Assembly: GCA_944389265.1 (NCBI GenBank)
Contig: CALXLS010000002.1
Location: 177,349 to 241,348 of the forward strand
Direction: 5' to 3'
Source of the DNA: an uncultured Alphaproteobacteria bacterium
Lineage (GTDB): Bacteria; Pseudomonadota; Alphaproteobacteria; Rs-D84
Length of the DNA: 64,000 nucleotides
Part shown: piece after piece, positions 58,800 to 64,000 of the stretch
Layout of the letters: each line of letters opens with the position of its first letter
Numbering within the stretch: the first letter of the stretch is position 1
Notes under the pieces: generated by a model
The model's input: only the letters and a program-made list of their open reading frames with translations
The model's database searches: none
What the model was told of the DNA's origin: nothing
Position numbers and translations under genes: made by a program

Positions 58800-59810
58800 T
58801 TATTTATTTTTTATTTTTTTTATTTCACGCCAATCGGCATGATTTTTCATATGTTCTTCATAAGATTTTGCAAATTTATGTCCACCGTTTCCGTCTGCGA
58901 CAAAGAATAAATAATTTGTATCCGCTGGTTGCAGAACCGCTTTTATAGCATCCATCCCGACATTTGCGATTGGTGCTGGTGGCAAACCGTAACGTACATA
59001 AGTATTATAAGGACTTTCTACTTTCAGATGCCCACGCAATAAAGGCGTCCCCTGCATATCCCCCACCCCATTAGTAATAGCATAAACGACAGTCGGGTCT
59101 GCTTGCAAACGCATGCCCCTTTCAAGTCTATTCAAATAAACGCTTGCGACGATAGGCATCTCAGATGCTTTTGGTGTTTCTTTTTGAACGATAGAAGCCA
59201 AAGTAATAATATCATTCCAATTTTTAAGTTGCTTTGGCATCATTCGACCAGTTTTTTCCCAAACAGCTTTTATATTCTCCATTTTCTTACGCATCAAATC
59301 CAAGAAAGCCAATCTTGAGGTACCTCTTGCGACCCGGTAAGTATCAGGGAACAGATCACCGTCATGCAAATCACAAACTGGTAAATCAGTACCTGCCCCA
59401 CATTCTACGCTTCCAGTAAGACTAGGAGTTTCTAGCAACAATTTTTTTATTTGTTTGACGGTCAAACCTTCCGGGACAACAACTGTTATTGTAGCGACAT
59501 CACCTTTTGCGAACATACTAGCGATACGCCACACACTTGTACCTGCAGGTATATCATATTTTCCAGTTTGAATCTGTCCACCATTTCCACGAACAGCCAT
59601 TTTAAACAGAAGAATCGAATCGATAAAGCCATAATCTTGTAATTGCGTTGCGATAGCAGAAACACTTGCTCCTTTTGCAACTTCAAAAACAGAATCAGTT
59701 TTTACAGTAGATTTTAAACCCAAGAAATAAAATAGAACTACTAAAATCAGCCCAGCAAAAACCCCAACTGATTTAAAAACATTATTTTTCGAAATTTTTC
59801 TTTTTTTCAT
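58800..59810 (-). CDS. mltG: Endolytic murein transglycosylase MltG (YceG family)
   Basis: N-terminal TM anchor (MKKRKISKNNVFKSVGVFAGLILVVLFYF). GDLFPDTY...IITLASIVQKE...YLNRLERGMRLQADPTVVYA...YNTYVRYGLPPAPIANVG are YceG-like motifs. The start is placed at MKKRK; the longer ORF begins at 59840. Confidence 0.8.
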   Translation of the reverse strand: MKKRKISKNNVFKSVGVFAGLILVVLFYFLGLKSTVKTDSVFEVAKGASVSAIATQLQDYGFIDSILLFKMAVRGNGGQIQTGKYDIPAGTSVWRIASMFAKGDVATITVVVPEGLTVKQIKKLLLETPSLTGSVECGAGTDLPVCDLHDGDLFPDTYRVARGTSRLAFLDLMRKKMENIKAVWEKTGRMMPKQLKNWNDIITLASIVQKETPKASEMPIVASVYLNRLERGMRLQADPTVVYAITNGVGDMQGTPLLRGHLKVESPYNTYVRYGLPPAPIANVGMDAIKAVLQPADTNYLFFVADGNGGHKFAKSYEEHMKNHADWREIKKIKNK

Positions 59811-59977
59811 GACCGACAAATTATTACAAATAAAAACCAAATTGCAAAAGTAAAATTTATTTTTAAAACATTTGAAATAATATTTATATTAATTTCCATA
59901 ATACACAATTAATAAACAACATTTGCTTTTTATAAAAATATTATGGTATAAATAAACATCATTGGAAGGAATATTTT

Positions 59978-62900
59978 ATGATCACAAAAGATAATTTAGA
60001 AAAATATCTATATTTTATGGGATTTACAAAAAATGGAAATATTGCAACCTCTCCTGATAATATAGGAATTACTATAGATTTTGAATCAAAAAAAATAAAT
60101 TATCCAGAAAATCTAGTTATTATAGGTAATCAAACAACAAATTTTGATAAAAAAGAAAACTTTGTTGTTCTAGATTGCGTTATAAGATTGTTAAGAATGG
60201 GCTATTTAGCCTCAAACATCATTTTAGAACAAAAATGGCAACTTGGACATGGTGCTAGCGGAGGAAGAGCAGACATTCAAATAAAAGACAATAACGATAA
60301 ATCCGTTATTATTATAGAATGTAAAACAAGCGGTAGAGAATTCATATCAGAATGGAATTCTATGAAAGAAGACGGAGGACAATTATTCTCTTATCTACAA
60401 CAAGAAAAGGATACAGAATTTATATGTCTATATACTGCGGACTTTGTTGATGATATAGCAACAAATGATTATTATTTAATTAAAGTTCAAGATGAACCAA
60501 ACTTAAAATTACCGACAGATAAAAAGGGATATTCGTCCGCAAAAAAGGTTCATGACTTATTTAATGTTTGGAAGAATACTTATGGTTTTGACTACAAAAC
60601 AAAGGGTTTTCTAGAACCAAACATAAAACCATACCAAATCGGCAAAAGCACAATCAATCTTGACAATTTACAAGAAGTTGATTCTGCAATTGTTCAGAAA
60701 AAATATAATGAATACGCAACTATTTTGAGGAAACACAACGTAAGTGGTAAAGAAAACGCATTTGACAAACTTGTAAATTTATTTTTAGCAAAGCTTATAG
60801 ATGAAATACAAAATACAGAAAAAAAAGAAAAAGGACAGCCACAAGATTTAAAATTTTATTGGAAAGGCTCATCTTATGATAATCCTTATGATTTACAAGA
60901 TAGATTACAAAAACTTTATAAAGACGGTATGGAAAAATTCCTAGAAGAAGATGTTGTTTATATAGAAAATTCACAAATAAACAACGCATTCAAACTATTC
61001 AAAAAAGATCCAGACGCAACAAAAAAAACAATATTAGACTATTTTCACAAATTGAAATTCTATTCAAACAATGATTTTTCATTTATAGATGTACATAATG
61101 AAGATTTATTTAATAAAAATTCTGCTATACTTTTAGACACGATACGTATGATTCAAGATATAAAACTAAAAAATGACGCAGAACAAACTTTTTTGGGGGA
61201 TTTATTCGAAGGATTTTTAAATCAAGGAATAAAACAAAGCGAAGGTCAATTTTTTACTCCATTACCTATAGTTAAGTTCATAATTTCTTCACTTCCTCTA
61301 GAAAGGATGATAAATCAAGCAAACTGTCCACTACAGGTTATAGACTACGCGTGTGGAGCTGGTCATTTTCTAAACGAATACGGACGTCAAATAAAAAATT
61401 TTGTAAAAGAACCGAAAGCATACTACCAAGCAATAACAGGAATCGAAAAAGAATATAGACTATCAAAGGTAGCAAAAGTTTCGGCTTTTATGTACGGACA
61501 GGACGGTATAGACATTATATATGGTGATGGTTTAACAAATGAATTTCACAAAAATAAAAACAAAATAAAAAAAATTGAAAATGAAACTTTTGACTTAGTA
61601 GTAGCAAATCCTCCTTATTCTGTAGACGGATTTCTTGAAACTTTATCAGAAGAAGATAGAAATAAATTTGAGATTTTCTCAAGTGTTAGTAACACAGAAA
61701 ATTGTAATGCAATTCAATTATTTTTCATAGAAAGAACCAAACAACTATTAAAAGACAATGGAATAGCCGCTCTTATATTACCGGATACAACTCTTACAAA
61801 GAATGAAAAAATATACAATGAAGCTCAGAAAATTATATTGAAATATTTTGATATTATTGCAATTTGTTCTATGAGCAAAGGAACATTTTGGAAAACCAAA
61901 ACCGGAACATACATACTGTTTCTAAGAAAAAAATCATCTATACCATCTCTAACGGAACATTACAAAAACCGTATAAACACTTGGTTTAACAACGATTTTT
62001 CAAAAGATATAATTTTTAATGATACAAGTTTGTTAGAAGATTATTGCCATCAAAAAAGCACAACATTAGACAAATACAAAGAATTTATAAAAAAAGCAGA
62101 CAAAGTGTCAAAAGAAATAGAAAAAGAGAAATTATATTATTATTTATTAGCAAGAAACAATCCTCAAAAAATACTTGTCTTACAAACTCCAATAGACACA
62201 AAAGAAGCCAAAAGATTTTTAGGGTATTTTTGGAGTGATCGCAAAGGTCAAGAGGGGCTACATTATAATAATGAAAAAAACAATGCGGAAAAAGGCATTG
62301 ATATAAAAGGAATAAATCAAATAAAAACCCCATTATTTGATCCCCAAAATTTATTTGATGACCAAAATAAAATCAACTCACTTATAAGGAATAAATTTTC
62401 TGGTCATCCTATAATTATTCCATCTACATTATTAAGTTATGTTAAAGAGTTAAATCTAGTAGACATGCTTGATTTTACAAAAGAAAAATTTAGTCCAAAT
62501 CTAAATCTAAATGCAGATGTCAAAATAGACATAAAAAGCAAATTTAAATACGAAAATCTCGGAGACTTGATTATCGAGAATAAAAAATCAACAATACAAG
62601 TAACCGAAGCTCAAAATACTCCAAATGGTAAATACCCATTTTTTACCAGCGGAGAAAAAATCTTAAAAACAGATAAAAAACTTGTATCCGATAAAAATCT
62701 TTATATGTCCACGGGCGGCCTAGCATACATAAATTATTATGATGGTGATGCGGCATACTCTACAGATACATATTCCTTTAAAACAAACAAAGATATTGAA
62801 ATTGAATATATTTTTGAAATTATCAACTCTATAATACCACAAATAAATCAATTATATTTTAAAGGGTCTGGATTAAAACACCTACAGAAACCAGAATTTA

Positions 62901-63610
62901 AAAAGATAAAAATTCCAGTTCCTAATTTATCAACCCAAAAAAATATCATAAAAGAATGTAAAGAACAAAATGATATTGCTAAAAGAGCCCAGGAAAAAAT
63001 AAACGACAACAATAAACGTATTTTATCTCTGATAAACAAGTCTATTTCTAATAATAAACTAACAACATATAAACTAAACGATAGACGTTACTTTAATTTG
63101 TTTATTGGCAAAAGAGTAGAAGAAAGAAACACAAGTCAAACAGGTCAATATCCTGTTTATTCAGCAAATGTTAACACATTATTTGGGGAAGGCTATACAG
63201 ACAGAAATCCATATGAAGACATCCAAAGTATAAAAGAAACCGGCTTCAATTCGGATAGCATCTTATGGGGAATAGATGGGGATTGGATGACCGGATGGCA
63301 AGATAAAAACAATGAATTTTATCCAACAGATCACTGTGGGGTTTTGAGAATAAAAGATGAATCTGTAATTAATCCTTATTTTTTTAAATTCGCATTTGAC
63401 ATTTTAGGAAAAACTTATAAATTTGACAGAAGCAAAAGAGCCAACATAGAAGCCATTTCTTCTTTATCTATAGAAATACCAGATATATCCATACAAAATG
63501 ATATAGTTAAACTAATAAAGAATCTCGAGAAAGAAAACGCCCTTTCACACCAAGAAATAATAGTATCAGAACAAGAAAAAAAAGCCATTATTGAAAAATA
63601 TCTAAATTAA
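59978..63610 (+). CDS. Single-chain restriction-modification enzyme, Type IIB-like (AloI/CjeI/PpiI/TstI-type). N-terminal PD-ExK endonuclease, then gamma-class N6-adenine DNA methyltransferase, then two HsdS-like target-recognition domains. 1210 aa.
   Basis: N-terminus: ...RADIQIKDNNDKSVIIIECKT (D...ExK). Methyltransferase: GQFFTP, DYACGAGHFL (motif I), VVANPPYS (motif IV, NPPY). C-terminal ~450 aa: two TRD-like segments separated by a helical spacer (PNGKYPFFTSGEKILKT... and GQYPVYSANVNTLFGEGYTD...). Confidence 0.7.
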   Translation: MITKDNLEKYLYFMGFTKNGNIATSPDNIGITIDFESKKINYPENLVIIGNQTTNFDKKENFVVLDCVIRLLRMGYLASNIILEQKWQLGHGASGGRADIQIKDNNDKSVIIIECKTSGREFISEWNSMKEDGGQLFSYLQQEKDTEFICLYTADFVDDIATNDYYLIKVQDEPNLKLPTDKKGYSSAKKVHDLFNVWKNTYGFDYKTKGFLEPNIKPYQIGKSTINLDNLQEVDSAIVQKKYNEYATILRKHNVSGKENAFDKLVNLFLAKLIDEIQNTEKKEKGQPQDLKFYWKGSSYDNPYDLQDRLQKLYKDGMEKFLEEDVVYIENSQINNAFKLFKKDPDATKKTILDYFHKLKFYSNNDFSFIDVHNEDLFNKNSAILLDTIRMIQDIKLKNDAEQTFLGDLFEGFLNQGIKQSEGQFFTPLPIVKFIISSLPLERMINQANCPLQVIDYACGAGHFLNEYGRQIKNFVKEPKAYYQAITGIEKEYRLSKVAKVSAFMYGQDGIDIIYGDGLTNEFHKNKNKIKKIENETFDLVVANPPYSVDGFLETLSEEDRNKFEIFSSVSNTENCNAIQLFFIERTKQLLKDNGIAALILPDTTLTKNEKIYNEAQKIILKYFDIIAICSMSKGTFWKTKTGTYILFLRKKSSIPSLTEHYKNRINTWFNNDFSKDIIFNDTSLLEDYCHQKSTTLDKYKEFIKKADKVSKEIEKEKLYYYLLARNNPQKILVLQTPIDTKEAKRFLGYFWSDRKGQEGLHYNNEKNNAEKGIDIKGINQIKTPLFDPQNLFDDQNKINSLIRNKFSGHPIIIPSTLLSYVKELNLVDMLDFTKEKFSPNLNLNADVKIDIKSKFKYENLGDLIIENKKSTIQVTEAQNTPNGKYPFFTSGEKILKTDKKLVSDKNLYMSTGGLAYINYYDGDAAYSTDTYSFKTNKDIEIEYIFEIINSIIPQINQLYFKGSGLKHLQKPEFKKIKIPVPNLSTQKNIIKECKEQNDIAKRAQEKINDNNKRILSLINKSISNNKLTTYKLNDRRYFNLFIGKRVEERNTSQTGQYPVYSANVNTLFGEGYTDRNPYEDIQSIKETGFNSDSILWGIDGDWMTGWQDKNNEFYPTDHCGVLRIKDESVINPYFFKFAFDILGKTYKFDRSKRANIEAISSLSIEIPDISIQNDIVKLIKNLEKENALSHQEIIVSEQEKKAIIEKYLN

Positions 63611-63652
63611 AATCATAATTCTAAAAATAAATATATACAGAATAACAATTTT

Positions 63653-63729
<77 letters not shown>

Positions 63730-63867
63730 CCAATCTTAAGTAGCCGGATTATGCTACTAGACGCCAAAAAAATCAACTCTTTTTATATGTTATTTTTCTT
63801 TCACTTGTGAAAAATATCTGCAATACTCTATTCTACAAGGTGAAACAGGTATAAAGGATATAATAAT

Positions 63868-64000
63868 ATGTTTGCACTTAAATTTTTAAAGAAAAATAAA
63901 TTTGATGATTATAAAGATTATATAGAAAATGGTGCGCCGCAAATTCCTAGCAACTTTAATTTTTCTTACGACGTAATTGATGCACTTGCAAATGAAGAAC
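63868..64000 (+). CDS. Partial CDS (N-terminal 44 aa), possibly an AMP-dependent acyl-CoA synthetase/ligase. Continues beyond the window.
   Basis: AAAGGATATAATAAT SD. MFALKFLKKNKFDDYKDYIENGAPQIPSNFNFSYDVIDALANEE. The PxNFNFxxDVxD pattern resembles the N-termini of medium-chain acyl-CoA synthetases. Low certainty. Confidence 0.4.
   Translation, partial: MFALKFLKKNKFDDYKDYIENGAPQIPSNFNFSYDVIDALANEE

Overview
This 64-kb window comes from a low-GC (~35%) diderm bacterium. It has two parts.

Positions ~37.0–56.6 kb (minus strand) hold a complete, syntenic str/S10/spc/alpha ribosomal super-operon: rpsL, rpsG, fusA, tuf, rpsJ, rplC, rplD, rplW, rplB, rpsS, rplV, rpsC, rplP, rpmC, rpsQ, rplN, rplX, rplE, rpsN, rpsH, rplF, rplR, rpsE, rpmD, rplO, secY, rpsM, rpsK, rpoA and rplQ. 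There is no rpsD, adk or rpmJ, which is the arrangement seen in many alphaproteobacteria. A small secreted-protein gene is inserted antisense between rpsK and rpoA. Housekeeping genes infA, grpE, tpiA, a ppiD-like gene and mltG, plus tRNA-Gln(CUG) and tRNA-Pro(CGG), are also present.

The other ~35 kb is accessory-like and dominated by signal-peptide-bearing surface or secreted proteins.
- At least four paralogs of a large cysteine-rich coiled-coil protein family share an N-terminal motif C-x2-Y-x2-C-M-D-x-F-C...C-x-C-S and carry glycine-zipper segments near the C-terminus.
- Several other Cys-rich secreted proteins are present.
- One is a 1277-aa Pmp-like autotransporter with GGA[ILV]/FxxN repeats.
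- One combines a CarboxypepD_reg-like N-terminus, a Cys-rich middle and an OmpA C-terminus.
- One is an ankyrin-containing 1240-aa secreted protein.
- Two tandem outer-membrane beta-barrel paralogs are present.

The most unusual feature is a pair of homologous ~235-nt structured RNAs, one on each strand. Each has a consensus sigma70 promoter, conserved sequence blocks with compensatory base changes in two helices, and an intrinsic terminator. Each lies immediately upstream of a surface-protein gene (the Pmp-like autotransporter, and a Cys-rich secreted protein whose start codon is only 22 nt beyond the terminator U-tract). This is the architecture of an unclassified riboswitch or attenuator leader.

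Other notable items:
- a single-chain Type IIB-like restriction-modification enzyme (PD-ExK nuclease + NPPY N6-adenine methyltransferase + two HsdS-like specificity domains) beside tRNA-Pro;
- a 31-bp perfect direct repeat beginning at the CCA end of tRNA-Gln, followed by an islet (ASCH-domain protein, unknown protein, secreted Ntn-hydrolase, DUF1015);
- a repeated 18-nt hairpin in two ribosomal-protein intergenic regions.

All calls are from reading the sequence and ORF translations. No database searches were run.
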